Of a DNA stretch of 64,000 nucleotides, positions 10,765-22,701 are shown in pieces. Positions within the stretch are counted from its first letter, which is position 1, and each line of letters opens with the position of its first letter. Both the position numbers and the translations under genes were made by a program. Below the pieces are notes generated by a model. That model was not told the DNA's origin. It did not search any database and saw only the letters and a program-made list of their open reading frames with translations. The DNA is from Candidatus Poribacteria bacterium (lineage in GTDB: Bacteria; Poribacteria; WGA-4E; PCPOR2b), in NCBI GenBank assembly GCA_965215015.1, contig OZ244042.1, positions 2,976,001 to 3,040,000 on the forward strand, written 5' to 3'.

Positions 10765-10852
10765 TAGGGCTATTTAGTTTTTGGTGTTCTTCCTATCTGA
10801 ATAGGAAGTCGCAATTCGGAGATCCCTCCTGCGAGAGAACTAAATGACTCTA
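10765..10852. repeat. Short inverted-repeat element, family D
   Basis: tagggctatttagttt ... aactaaatgactcta; related to 23796-23971; extra end at ~10961-10973. Confidence 0.5.
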
Positions 10853-10990
10853 ATCACCGTTTGCAGTGAATTGACAAATCCACTGCAAAGGTGCACAGAT
10901 GGCTTGGATATGTTTATCCAAGCCGAAACAGAACAGGATGCAAAACACGATACTGGAGAACTAAACGTCCCTAACCCTTTTCTTTCGCTT

Positions 10991-11019
10991 TTGACAATAT
11001 AGATCGAGTATGGTATTAT
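10991..11019 (+). promoter_or_regulatory. Sigma70 promoter upstream of hisG
   Basis: TTGACA-17 nt-TATTAT. Confidence 0.7.
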
Positions 11020-11227
11020 AGAGTATCATATATTATTTCTCGAATCACCGTGTTACAGACCACAGCAAAAGAACAACTGAAAGCCTGCTCGTAGCTTGTC
11101 CTCAAATGAAGTGAAGCAAGTACAGCAAAAGGGATTCCATTACGAAGCAATCTCTGTAACAGTGAAAGTTGGATTTAATCTCAGAACGAAGCAATCAAAA
11201 AAAATTGGAGGCAGAACACAAAAACTG

Positions 11228-12100
11228 ATGAACAAACTCAAATTAGGCATTCCCAAAGGATCGCTACAGGCATTCACTATTGATCTTTTCAGACAAGCAG
11301 GTTATACAATTACAATCAACGGTCGGTCGTACTATCCACATATCGACGACAACGAGATCGAGGTGATGCTGCTGCGCCCACAGGAGATGGCACTCTACGT
11401 AGAACGCGGTGTCCTCGATGTGGGGTTAGCAGGACGAGATTGGGTCCGCGAATGCAACGTTGACGTACTAGAAGTCGCTTCGCTAACCTACGGCAAGCAA
11501 ACCAGGCAGCCAGCGCAATGGGTGCTAGCAGTCGCGGAAGATTCTCCCATCCAGTCTGTCGCCGATCTGGAAGGGACAGTCATTTTCACCGAATTGGTTG
11601 AAGCGACCAAATCATACCTCAAGGATAATGGCATCAATGCGACCGTCAAATTTTCACACGGCGCAACAGAGGTGAAGATTCCTCATCTCTGCGATGCAAT
11701 TGTAGAGCTTACGGAGACTGGTAGCACCTTGCGTGCTAACCAATTAAGAATTGTCGATGTCGTCATTGAATCGGTAACGATGTTGATCGCCAATAAGGAG
11801 AGTTGGGAGGCTGAATGGACGCGCAACAAGACGGAAAGTTTGTACATACTCCTTGCCGGGGCGTTGGCGGCACAAAACAAAGTCGGCCTCAAAATGAACA
11901 TTGCCCAAGAAAACCTTCAATCTTTGCTTGCCATTTTGCCGGCGATGAGAAAGCCCACGATTTCCCAACTTAGCCAAGATGAATGGTATGCTGTCGAAAC
12001 GATTGTTGATGAGCACATTGTCCGGGACTTTATCCCAGAGCTTAGGAATGTGGGAGCAGAGGGCATTATTGAATATCCGTTGAGCAAGGTAATTCCGTGA
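11228..12100 (+). CDS. hisG: ATP phosphoribosyltransferase, long form
   Basis: LKLGIPKGSL, RPQEM, ELTETGSTLRAN and the C-terminal regulatory domain (GAEGIIEYP). Start ATG 11228 follows GGAGG. Confidence 0.96.
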   Translation: MNKLKLGIPKGSLQAFTIDLFRQAGYTITINGRSYYPHIDDNEIEVMLLRPQEMALYVERGVLDVGLAGRDWVRECNVDVLEVASLTYGKQTRQPAQWVLAVAEDSPIQSVADLEGTVIFTELVEATKSYLKDNGINATVKFSHGATEVKIPHLCDAIVELTETGSTLRANQLRIVDVVIESVTMLIANKESWEAEWTRNKTESLYILLAGALAAQNKVGLKMNIAQENLQSLLAILPAMRKPTISQLSQDEWYAVETIVDEHIVRDFIPELRNVGAEGIIEYPLSKVIP

Positions 12101-12170
12101 TGGGAGAATCGTAAAGCGCGAGTCAATGCTTCCATACTATCTCGGTATGATTTCTATAGGAGATCAATCG

Positions 12171-12558
12171 AGTCAGCTACCCCACCCTAAAAAGTGAGGC
12201 GTGTTGCCTGCCCCTTTGGGATTTCGGGTTATTCGGTCTTGGCTCGTCGCTTTACACGCACGCTACCGAAGGGAAGCAGCTCCCCTTTGGAAGTCAGTTT
12301 TGTAGAGTCGGTGATTCTACTCACTCAACTTTCGTGCGATACCTTGGACAACTTCTTCCCGATTGGGAGAAGCGAAAACGAGCGTTTTCCTGAGGCGTCG
12401 AGCTACACAATATGACTTTAATACATTAACCGTGTTGTGTCAACAAAAAAGGAGTCGCAGTCTCCCCCGCAGATACCTGATACTGTTGCGTAACATGCCA
12501 GGCTGATTGAGCCAGAACTATAGCGCAACACGCTGGTATTTACGGGGGCTCCACTGCA
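12171..12558. mobile_element. Non-autonomous IS200/IS605-like element with no transposase or nuclease ORF; possible ncRNA carrier
   Basis: One end gtcagctaccccaccctaaaaagtgaggc. The other end aaaaaggagtcgcagtctcccccg...cgggggctccactgc forms an imperfect hairpin. Both resemble subterminal hairpin ends of IS200/IS605 elements. Confidence 0.5.
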
Positions 12559-12564
12559 AAGATT

Positions 12565-13626
12565 TTGATGAAATTTCAGATCAATTTATGTTTTTTTCTT
12601 ATCCTGATTTGGGCGATTATCGGCCTCGGGTGCGGCGCAGATTCGCCTTCTCCTTCGGTTGATTCCGGAGAAGTATCTGAACAGACACCAAACATGGAAA
12701 GGGAGAACGCTTCACAGTCTGGAACGGTATCAGGAATTATCACTGACGCCACGACGGGAACCCCGATTCCGGGGGTAACTGTCAGTTTGCTAAATCAGAT
12801 GGTGAAAACTGGAGTAGAGGGCAAATATGTTTTCACAGGGATTCGTTATTCGGAGACCCACAGTTTAGCTGTCATGGGCATCAATTATCAACCTAAAATG
12901 AAGCAATTTGAACTTAGGACTGAACAAGTAGAATTAAATATTTCTCTCGCTCCGAAGCTTGGGGCGGTGTCAGGCGTTATTACTGATGGCACAACAGGGA
13001 ACCCGATTGCGGGCGCAACTGTCAACCTATTAGGGCGGACTATGATAACCGAAGTAGATGGTAGATACAATTTCACACAGGTTCCCTATTCAGGGGCTCT
13101 CAGTTTAATGATTACAGCTATTGATTATCAAACCAAAACAGAAAGCTTTGAACTGAGGGCTGGCCGTGTTGGATTGAACATCCGCCTTATGCCCTCGACG
13201 AATCCTGAGACGGAGATTAATCAATTCTTGGAACGTTTCTCAGCACTAATTGAATCATTGGATGTGGGTAAATTGGGAACAATCCAAGAACTCTTTTCGG
13301 AAACTTACCTTGCAGGAGATGATCCTATTACGCTCCTTGGTTTAGCCACAGGCGTTATTCCCGCAACATTCGATGAAGTTACTCCAACAATTATTAAAGT
13401 GTTTGAAAAGTATGATGCCCTCCAATTTCAGTTTAATAAAATTCGAGTGGAGGTGACTAATTCACGTCAGGCTTCCGCGCGGCTTACCTTACACATCATC
13501 AGCGAAGAGGGGCCACAACCCAACAAAAGAGAGATTATCGTTGATTGTCAAATAGATTTCCGCAAAGAGGGCTTGGTGTGGAAAATAGTATTCTGGCAAC
13601 TTTTCAACGTCGAAATTCTTCTATGA
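12565..13626 (+). CDS. Lipoprotein with two carboxypeptidase-regulatory-like domains and a C-terminal NTF2-like domain
   Basis: Lipobox GLGC; duplicated GxVSGxITDxTTGxPIxGxTVxLL module. Confidence 0.75.
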   Translation: MMKFQINLCFFLILIWAIIGLGCGADSPSPSVDSGEVSEQTPNMERENASQSGTVSGIITDATTGTPIPGVTVSLLNQMVKTGVEGKYVFTGIRYSETHSLAVMGINYQPKMKQFELRTEQVELNISLAPKLGAVSGVITDGTTGNPIAGATVNLLGRTMITEVDGRYNFTQVPYSGALSLMITAIDYQTKTESFELRAGRVGLNIRLMPSTNPETEINQFLERFSALIESLDVGKLGTIQELFSETYLAGDDPITLLGLATGVIPATFDEVTPTIIKVFEKYDALQFQFNKIRVEVTNSRQASARLTLHIISEEGPQPNKREIIVDCQIDFRKEGLVWKIVFWQLFNVEILL

Positions 13627-13712
13627 CTTAGGCCTGACATCAGGCGAGATGTGAGTTCTCCGCTCGGACAGGGATACAAGGGTATCCCATCTAATAAAAT
13701 TGGCAATCGTAA

Positions 13713-15924
<2,212 letters not shown>

Positions 15925-16291
15925 TTAAATTGCAAAGGTATCATAGCATGTTGCCGAGTCAGCGTCAGGGCGACATTTTTCCGTGGAAGCTTTCTCAAGA
16001 ATTTTCACTTTCAATCTATCCGCTTTTATGCTATACTCCCGGTAGTTTTTTGCAAGAGGATTGAAGTTTTTTATTACAAAGTGAATTTTACGGAATTACC
16101 GTACACATTACAGACATACCAGTTCACTTAGAGGGTTGAGTCCGAAAACGAAATTATAGCTGGATTCAAGTTGTGTTTGTCCCTATTATGTTCAGGTATC
16201 TGTAGAATTTCAGAAATAGTTTTTCCTGAACAGGCTTGTAAGGCGAGGACCGGTCGGCTTGCATTCTAATTTGTCGACTAATAACAGAAAG

Positions 16292-16394
16292 GGTCATATT
16301 AAAAGAAAGTGCAGAGCAGCTCAGAGCCTCCGAGTTTTTTTAGAAAAACTTTTTGGAAAAACTCGGAGGTTTTGCACTACTTCTTAACATGAGC
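16292..16394. repeat. Palindromic element, family C
   Basis: ggtcatattaaaagaaagtgca ... tgcactacttcttaacatgagc with internal cctccgagtttt/aaaactcggagg palindrome. Confidence 0.6.
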
Positions 16395-16416
16395 GAACTG
16401 AATAGGAGAATGAAAA

Positions 16417-16554
16417 ATGAGAGGTAATAAAGGAAAAGGTGCTAAATCACTAGACAGTTCAAATAAAGGTGTCGTCAAAAAGACAGCAACCAAAAAAGGA
16501 CGTAAAGAGAAAAAACTCGCTAAACTAGAAAAACGAGCGAAAAAAACGTATTAA
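16417..16554 (+). CDS. Small Lys/Arg-rich protein, 45 aa
   Basis: AGGAG RBS then MRGNKGKGAKSLDSSNKGVVKKTATKKGRKEKKLAKLEKRAKKTY-stop; too short for the ORF track. Confidence 0.6.
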   Translation: MRGNKGKGAKSLDSSNKGVVKKTATKKGRKEKKLAKLEKRAKKTY

Positions 16555-16616
16555 ACGAGCCGGGCGATAGTTCACAAACAAGCAGACCCACGGTCAGTAG
16601 GGGCTAATCATAGTCA

Positions 16617-16760
16617 CTCATGTAAGGAATTAGTGCAACAGCAGCTACAGGGACTTGCCTCCCAATTTATCAGGGAGTAACTTTCCCCTGTTTGCGGGGG
16701 GATTAAGGGGGTATAAAAGGTTCCCTCGCTTGCTGATTTGCACTTTCTTTTGACATGAGC
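16617..16760. repeat. Element of family C
   Basis: ctcatgtaaggaattagtgcaa ... ttgcactttcttttgacatgagc inverted termini. Confidence 0.55.
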
Positions 16761-16859
16761 CATCATAATTACTCCGATAACCTCAATAAGGCGAGATTGA
16801 AATCTGCATCATGGCCTTCTGTTTGTGCTATCGCCCTTTTTTTAGGGGGTTGCTGCATC

Positions 16860-19800
16860 GTGGAATTTACTCGAAACCAGAAGAAAGCGCATGACCTTAA
16901 TCGCCATATCAGTGTGACTGCTGGGGCCGGATCTGGGAAAACCGCCGTATTGATTCATCGATACATCAAGATTTTGCTTGAAACGGATTTGCATCCCAGC
17001 CAGATTATTGCAATCACGTTTACAAGGAAAGCAGCAGCAGAACTCAAACAGCGCATCGTTAAAGAACTCGACGTAAGGCTAAGGGAAGAACCTGACAACA
17101 CAAAATTAGAAAGCGTCAAAACAGGAATGCTCTCCGCACAGATTTCGACAATTCACTCCTTTTGTGCGCGGATTCTACGGGAGTATCCGGTCGAAGCGGG
17201 GGTTGACGCAGGCTTCAACGAGTTACAAGGGATAATACAGCGGTTGACTCTCCATGAAATCATCAAGTCAACGCTTAGAGAAATCGCCGTCCGTCCCGAT
17301 GAGGACGAAACCCGTGTGAAATTAGTAGAATTGCTGCGAATCTTCGGTAAAAATCGGCTTGAGGAGCATTTATATGAACTGATTAATCAACGTGAGATCG
17401 TGGGACGCCTAGAGCGCAACTTATACTGCCGCACAGATTCAGAGGTATTAGAGATTTGGGCTGAGTTTGTACAGTTGCAATTGGCGCAGAGTTTAGTCAA
17501 TCAGTTTTCCATTGAGGATTGGCGACGTTGTTTGAAGGCAGTTTTAGCAGTTGCGAAAGGAAAAAATAAGAGTAAGGTACAGGAATTGACAGATCAGATT
17601 GAACCGGATATGGAGGTACAGGAGGCGGTTCCGTTCTTGACAGAGATTGCACCCCTCCTCCTCACCCAAAAAGGAACAATTAGCAAACAAGATTTATTGG
17701 GGCGGAGGGTTAAGATGGAGGCAGTTGAAACGGAGATTGATTTTCTGGTTCGTGCAGCAAATTACTTCCAATCCTTTCCGGTTTTTACCGATGATGATAA
17801 GTTACTCATTTGCGTGACTCGCTTGTTGTTGGCTGTTTATGATGAGGTCCAATGCGCCTACGAACACTATAAACTCCAAACGAGACGACTCGATTTTGAT
17901 GACCTTCAGATTAAGGTAAGGGACCTATTAGAGCAGGAATCAATCCATGAGCAGCTCGCCCAAAGATACCCTTATATCATGGTTGATGAGTACCAAGATA
18001 CGGACCGGTTACAATATGAAATTCTCGGCTTGCTCGCTGTCATCAACGAGAAGACTCGTGAGCAGAAGCCTTCAGATTTTAAATTGGACAACCTGTTCAT
18101 TGTCGGTGATCAGAAACAGAGCATCTATGGGTTTCGCGGGGCGGATGTGCGGGTATTCGATCGAACACGGCAGGATATAGCCGATTACCAGTCAGGATTG
18201 ATTCAAGACTTTGCTTGGCAGGACGAAACACTTGAGGCAACTGATTCGGAGAGACATGGTGAACTCCATCTTCCTGAAAATTTCCGTCTTTTGCGCAATC
18301 TCGTTGGCTTTGTCAATTTGGTTTTTGAGTCGCTCATGAAAGGACGAAATGAGTTTGAAGTTAAGTATGAGCCGCTAATACAAGGAAGAATCATCGATTA
18401 TCCCGGCCATGTAGAGCTGCTCATCGGTTCAAAGGAAAAGACAGAGGATGACTCGCAACCATCTGCGGACGAAAATCAGTTGATTGCGGCGCGCCTCCGT
18501 CACTTAGTCGGAACAGGTGAAACGATTTGGAAGGACGAAGGAGACGGCGAAAAACCCCGGCCGGTACGATACGATGATATCGCTATTCTCATTCGCAGCC
18601 GGACGCGCTTACCAGAGATTGAATCTGCCTTGCTTAAAGAGGGAATTCCGTACAAAATCACAGGAGGCATCGGATTTTATCAACGTCAAGAAATTTACGA
18701 CATCGGTAACTACCTACAATTCCTCACCAAACCTACCGACGATGTGGCACTCGCCGGGGTTCTTCGCGCCCCATTCTTCGGTGTGTCAGATGTAGACTTG
18801 TATGAAATAGCAGAACAATCTATCAGTGGATCATTTTGGCAGAAAGTCCAAGCTTACGTCGCTCAACCCGCCCGATCTTCAAGTTCTCGAATAGATTATG
18901 CAGTCCAAATGCTAAAAAGTCATCTTGAAATCCGCCACCATATCCCGCCGAGCGAGCTTATCCGAAAAATCGTCAACGACACTGGGATGGTTGGGGTACT
19001 TCCTGTTGGGCAGAGTGGTGAGCAGCGGTGGGCAAATTACGAAAAATTGTTAGGGATTGCAAGGAATTTTGAAAGATCGGAGATTACGAATCCCTTCGAT
19101 TTTTTGGAACAGCTGAACCTGCTGATTGAGGAGGAAGACCGCGAAGGACAGGCAACGGCACAATTGACAACGGACGCTGTCGAGATAATGACGGTTCATG
19201 CGGCGAAAGGGCTTGAGTTTCCAGTTGTCATTCTTCCTAACCTGGATCGGGAGTTTAGACCAGATCGAGAACCGTTTATTGATGATCAGCTAGGTATCGG
19301 TTTTAGACCCGCGGATCCGAAAAGGAATTACCAACAGAGCGATCCAGGGGCGACACAGTTGATGAGGAACCGTGCAAGAGACCGGACAGAGGCAGAGGAG
19401 CAGCGTCTTTTTTACGTGGCCACAACCCGTGCTCGCGATCGTCTGATTCTATCAGGAACAGCTGATAAAAAGGGAAATGCGTCGTGTTGGTTGAATTGGC
19501 TGCTTGATGCTCTAGAGATGTCGAAGATACCGTCGGAGGGCGAACTTCTATATCCGACAACGATTCACTTTTTACCGGAGGAGCCCACGCCAATCTCCTT
19601 TAATCTGCCGATTCGGATTATTAAATCTCTCGATGCGCTCGATCATATCGAAGAGGAAACGCCCACCCTGTCACCGTCAACCGAATTCCCGGCGTCCCAT
19701 ATCGAGCCGTTGACCGCTTCCGCTGTCAACAAAACCTTCTCGGTGCCGGAACTTACAACGTATGTCCACTGTCCAACGCGATTCTATTTGCAATATCAGA

Positions 19801-20354
19801 TTCAGATGCCGATATCGGAGCCCGAGTCTGAAGAGACTGTTGAGACAGTTCGCAAGGCTATCAATCGGTTCCTAGACTCGAAAGTTGCAGAGAGGGCGTT
19901 AAACGCAGATGAGGTTCACCGTGAACGACACATCCACGCGGAGATCGGTTCTCATATAGTCAATGGAATTGCAGACCGACTTTTCAAGGATACAAGGGGA
20001 TTGTGGCAGGTTATCAGCTACGAAACAGATAAAATTGATTGGGCAGGTATTGGTGACCCAGCGGATTACTACCGGGCACACATCGAACTATACACTCTGC
20101 TCCTTCACCGGCTCTATCCTGAACAGCAGGTCATACCGGTAACGATTTACTTCACAGATTTAGCCACCCCGTATTCGGTGGAGTTGTCGAGAAAAGAATT
20201 AATAGATATTGAGAGGGCATGGCTGGAACGGCTGAAGGCATTAGAGGTTGCTTTGAATTCCGCTGCAATCGGGGTAGGCAGGTTTGAAAAGAATAGAGAA
20301 CATTGTTCATCATGCCCCTATTTTGTTGACGGGGAGTGTATGGTTTCAGATTAA
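16860..20354 (+). CDS. addA: UvrD/AddA-family ATP-dependent helicase with C-terminal PD-(D/E)xK-like domain
   Basis: AGAGSGKT, ITFTRKAA, STIHSFC, VDEYQDT, VGDQKQSIYGFRGAD, MTVHAAKGLEF, YVATTRA. Likely start is GTG 16860 because the track's ATG lies in a repeat terminus. Confidence 0.88.
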   Translation: MEFTRNQKKAHDLNRHISVTAGAGSGKTAVLIHRYIKILLETDLHPSQIIAITFTRKAAAELKQRIVKELDVRLREEPDNTKLESVKTGMLSAQISTIHSFCARILREYPVEAGVDAGFNELQGIIQRLTLHEIIKSTLREIAVRPDEDETRVKLVELLRIFGKNRLEEHLYELINQREIVGRLERNLYCRTDSEVLEIWAEFVQLQLAQSLVNQFSIEDWRRCLKAVLAVAKGKNKSKVQELTDQIEPDMEVQEAVPFLTEIAPLLLTQKGTISKQDLLGRRVKMEAVETEIDFLVRAANYFQSFPVFTDDDKLLICVTRLLLAVYDEVQCAYEHYKLQTRRLDFDDLQIKVRDLLEQESIHEQLAQRYPYIMVDEYQDTDRLQYEILGLLAVINEKTREQKPSDFKLDNLFIVGDQKQSIYGFRGADVRVFDRTRQDIADYQSGLIQDFAWQDETLEATDSERHGELHLPENFRLLRNLVGFVNLVFESLMKGRNEFEVKYEPLIQGRIIDYPGHVELLIGSKEKTEDDSQPSADENQLIAARLRHLVGTGETIWKDEGDGEKPRPVRYDDIAILIRSRTRLPEIESALLKEGIPYKITGGIGFYQRQEIYDIGNYLQFLTKPTDDVALAGVLRAPFFGVSDVDLYEIAEQSISGSFWQKVQAYVAQPARSSSSRIDYAVQMLKSHLEIRHHIPPSELIRKIVNDTGMVGVLPVGQSGEQRWANYEKLLGIARNFERSEITNPFDFLEQLNLLIEEEDREGQATAQLTTDAVEIMTVHAAKGLEFPVVILPNLDREFRPDREPFIDDQLGIGFRPADPKRNYQQSDPGATQLMRNRARDRTEAEEQRLFYVATTRARDRLILSGTADKKGNASCWLNWLLDALEMSKIPSEGELLYPTTIHFLPEEPTPISFNLPIRIIKSLDALDHIEEETPTLSPSTEFPASHIEPLTASAVNKTFSVPELTTYVHCPTRFYLQYQIQMPISEPESEETVETVRKAINRFLDSKVAERALNADEVHRERHIHAEIGSHIVNGIADRLFKDTRGLWQVISYETDKIDWAGIGDPADYYRAHIELYTLLLHRLYPEQQVIPVTIYFTDLATPYSVELSRKELIDIERAWLERLKALEVALNSAAIGVGRFEKNREHCSSCPYFVDGECMVSD

Positions 20355-20417
20355 TAGCAGTTAATTGCCTGAATCCTTACTCGTTCTCCCCGTGCTGTAC
20401 TTAACTGAATTATCTTC

Positions 20418-20657
20418 TTACTGCACTACATCTCCCTCAATCGGTTCAACTGCCACTTTCACGTTCTTGAGATGTTCAACAACTCGTTCCAGTTCGTCAG
20501 GCTCACCCCTAATTTCCAAAACAACCCACCCTCGGTCGACTGTGACGTCGGCGCGCCGAATGCTCGTGATCACATTGTACTGCTGACCGATGTTGTGGAT
20601 AATGGGCTCAGTGATCAGATCTGGCGGAAAGGTCAAACGAAGTCTTAAAGATGCCAT
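20418..20657 (-). CDS. NIL-domain protein
   Basis: LTFPPDLITEPII...SIRRADV...GWVVLEI pattern; typical of sulfur-carrier operons. Confidence 0.8.
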   Translation of the reverse strand: MASLRLRLTFPPDLITEPIIHNIGQQYNVITSIRRADVTVDRGWVVLEIRGEPDELERVVEHLKNVKVAVEPIEGDVVQ

Positions 20658-20690
20658 ATCTGCCGCTCCTTTCTGAATTAACGAATCCTA

Positions 20691-21218
20691 TTACGCATCA
20701 AGTTTCGCGCCTATCGGCACTTCCACAAAGTCCGTATCAGCTTCGTTCCAAGCGAAGGTTTTTGTAGTTTTAACTTCAATATAAGCTGCATCACGCTGTT
20801 TTCGGATTGCCCATTCTTCTAAAGTGCCGTAGACGGAGACCACAATATAAGCTGCGCCGGGATACACCGGCTCGTCCCAAGCCATTGCATCCGCTCTATC
20901 CTTCGCCGAAAAATAGGCATCGTGATTTGGGTGTGAATGATAAAATGCCTTGATCGGTCGATTTTTGGTTTCAGCTTCTTTATGCACACGGATTAAGTCG
21001 TTAGGGTCTATCAGGTAAGCGGTGCGTGCATCGCGGGGATACGTATCCGGATCTTCGGCATGCCATTCATTTTGTATATTCCGGCACTCCCGGACGAATT
21101 CCCGGATCCCGTCGCTCAAAATGATACCACAGCACTCATCGGGAAATTCGACCTTTGCGTGCGCGTAGATTTGATCCAGAGTCTCGCTTTGTAATTCCAA
21201 GACTTCAGTTTCTTTCAT
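20691..21218 (-). CDS. JAB/MPN (M67) metalloprotease, Mec-like
   Basis: FPDECCG and FYHSHPNHDAYFSAKD (HxHx7Sx2D JAMM motif). Likely start MKETEV overlaps the upstream gene. Confidence 0.9.
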   Translation of the reverse strand: MKETEVLELQSETLDQIYAHAKVEFPDECCGIILSDGIREFVRECRNIQNEWHAEDPDTYPRDARTAYLIDPNDLIRVHKEAETKNRPIKAFYHSHPNHDAYFSAKDRADAMAWDEPVYPGAAYIVVSVYGTLEEWAIRKQRDAAYIEVKTTKTFAWNEADTDFVEVPIGAKLDA

Positions 21219-21501
21219 GATCTGACGAACCGCCTGCGATTGCAGGGATAACTGAGATTTCGTCGCCATCCTTAACTGCGGTTGCATTGCCATCTAAGAA
21301 GCGAATATCTTCGTCGTTGAGGTAAATATTAACAAAACGGCGAATATTACCGGATTCATCACAGATGCGTTCTTTGATCCCCGGATAATTTGCCTCAAGG
21401 TTTTCAATGAGGCTTTCAATAGTATCTCCCTCCGCTTCAACTTCCGGCTGATTTTGCGTGAGTCTTCTGAGAGGGGTTGGAATACGTACGGTAATAGCCA
21501 T
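21205..21501 (-). CDS. MoaD/ThiS/CysO-family ubiquitin-like sulfur carrier with C-terminal extension
   Basis: MAITVRIPTPLRRLT...RRFVNIYLNDEDIRFL...IPAIAGG followed by SSDHERN. Confidence 0.9.
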   Translation of the reverse strand: MAITVRIPTPLRRLTQNQPEVEAEGDTIESLIENLEANYPGIKERICDESGNIRRFVNIYLNDEDIRFLDGNATAVKDGDEISVIPAIAGGSSDHERN

Positions 21502-21618
21502 TGCAAAACTCCCTTCTTTTGGGGTTAAATAAAACGAAACCAAAATTTTTCGATCGTAATTGTGATAGTTTCTATATTTATGAGGTAAAACTTAGATGTT
21601 TTGTATTTTAGGTTCTAT

Positions 21619-21781
21619 TAGGATTTACGCATTTCAGTAAGGAACAACAATTGTTGTTTCCTACTGAGCCCTTATGGGGCCTGTACTGTAGTTGCCCGAT
21701 TCATCGGGCGTTGGCAACGGTATCCAGCGGCGACAAATCACCGAACTACAAGGCGTTGAGCGTTCAACTGCGTAACTCCTA
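21619..21781. mobile_element. MITE, family B
   Basis: taggatttacgca ... ctgcgtaactccta with shared internal motif. Confidence 0.7.
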
Positions 21782-21783
21782 TT

Positions 21784-22548
21784 CTATATTGCGTAGTGAA
21801 TCCCGCATTCTTTGTTATTATCCTTGTCCGACGATGGTGCGTTTTGCCATCGCCATCGGCCTGCCCTTTTCGGTTCACCGGGTAGGATTGGCGTCGTACA
21901 GATGACGCATCCGAGTGATTCATAGTATTGTCCGTACTTCTGGGATTCCATCAGCGGATTCACAGGCACCTTGTGTTCGTGAATGAATTTCCCAATTCGT
22001 GCTTCGGGCCAATCTGCCAACGGATTGACTTTCAGTATAGGACGGCCGTTGTGCTCGATGATTTCCGATTTGGGGGTGCTTTGCCGATTATTGGATTGGT
22101 CTTGTCGCAGTCCGGAAAACCAGACATCGAGTGTATCCAACAATCGTTGCATCGGCTGCACTTTCCTGATGTTGCAGCAATATTCCTGTTTCTGTTTACT
22201 GTCGAAGAACAGGAACTCGCCGTGATTGGCTACCATTCGATCGACTGCTTCCGACTCTGGCTTAATTCTTTCAATGTGAATGTTGTAATGTGCCTCGACG
22301 CGCTCAAAGAATTGATAAGTTTCGGGAAACAGACGTAGGGTGTCAATCGTACAGGCTCTAAATGGCAGCTTATTTTCGTAAGCCATCTGGAGCAGAATCA
22401 TTCCGGACAATTGTCCACTTGTAACAATCGCGGCTCGTTCCTTAAAACGTTTAATAAGGTTGAATAAGATTTCCTGCGGTTCTTCTAGTAAGCGAACCTC
22501 GTAGCAAAGCTCTTCATTTATCAGATTCTGATTTGTCAATTCATTCAA
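21784..22548 (-). CDS. cysH: APS/PAPS reductase; Cys pattern suggests the Fe-S APS-reductase type
   Basis: IDTLRLFPETY, CCNIRKV, GLRQDQS, SLGCVICT, RAGRW, C-terminal ECGIH. Confidence 0.92.
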   Translation of the reverse strand: MNELTNQNLINEELCYEVRLLEEPQEILFNLIKRFKERAAIVTSGQLSGMILLQMAYENKLPFRACTIDTLRLFPETYQFFERVEAHYNIHIERIKPESEAVDRMVANHGEFLFFDSKQKQEYCCNIRKVQPMQRLLDTLDVWFSGLRQDQSNNRQSTPKSEIIEHNGRPILKVNPLADWPEARIGKFIHEHKVPVNPLMESQKYGQYYESLGCVICTTPILPGEPKRAGRWRWQNAPSSDKDNNKECGIHYAI

Positions 22549-22701
22549 GGGATACTCAATCCTTCCTGAGATCGAAAAATTTTCACCTAATGGTTCTTTA
22601 ATGGAGTAAAATTTTTTGGTCTTGCGTGAAACGTCATAAATGAGGAATAAGTGAACTGGTGAATTGAAGAACTCTTGAGCTTCCGAACTTATTTCCCCAT
22701 T

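Noticed and set aside
16755-16859. N-terminal extension of the helicase given in the ORF track
   Set aside because: The ATG lies within a repeat terminus; helicase-like sequence starts at GTG 16860.
19740-20354. Cas4 or a CRISPR-associated nuclease
   Set aside because: The Cys pattern belongs to the C-terminal domain of an AddA-like helicase and there is no CRISPR context.
20691-21501. JAB plus ubiquitin-like pair as a CBASS/Bil anti-phage system
   Set aside because: No E1/E2 or cyclase is present, and the cysK/cysH/NIL context indicates sulfur metabolism.
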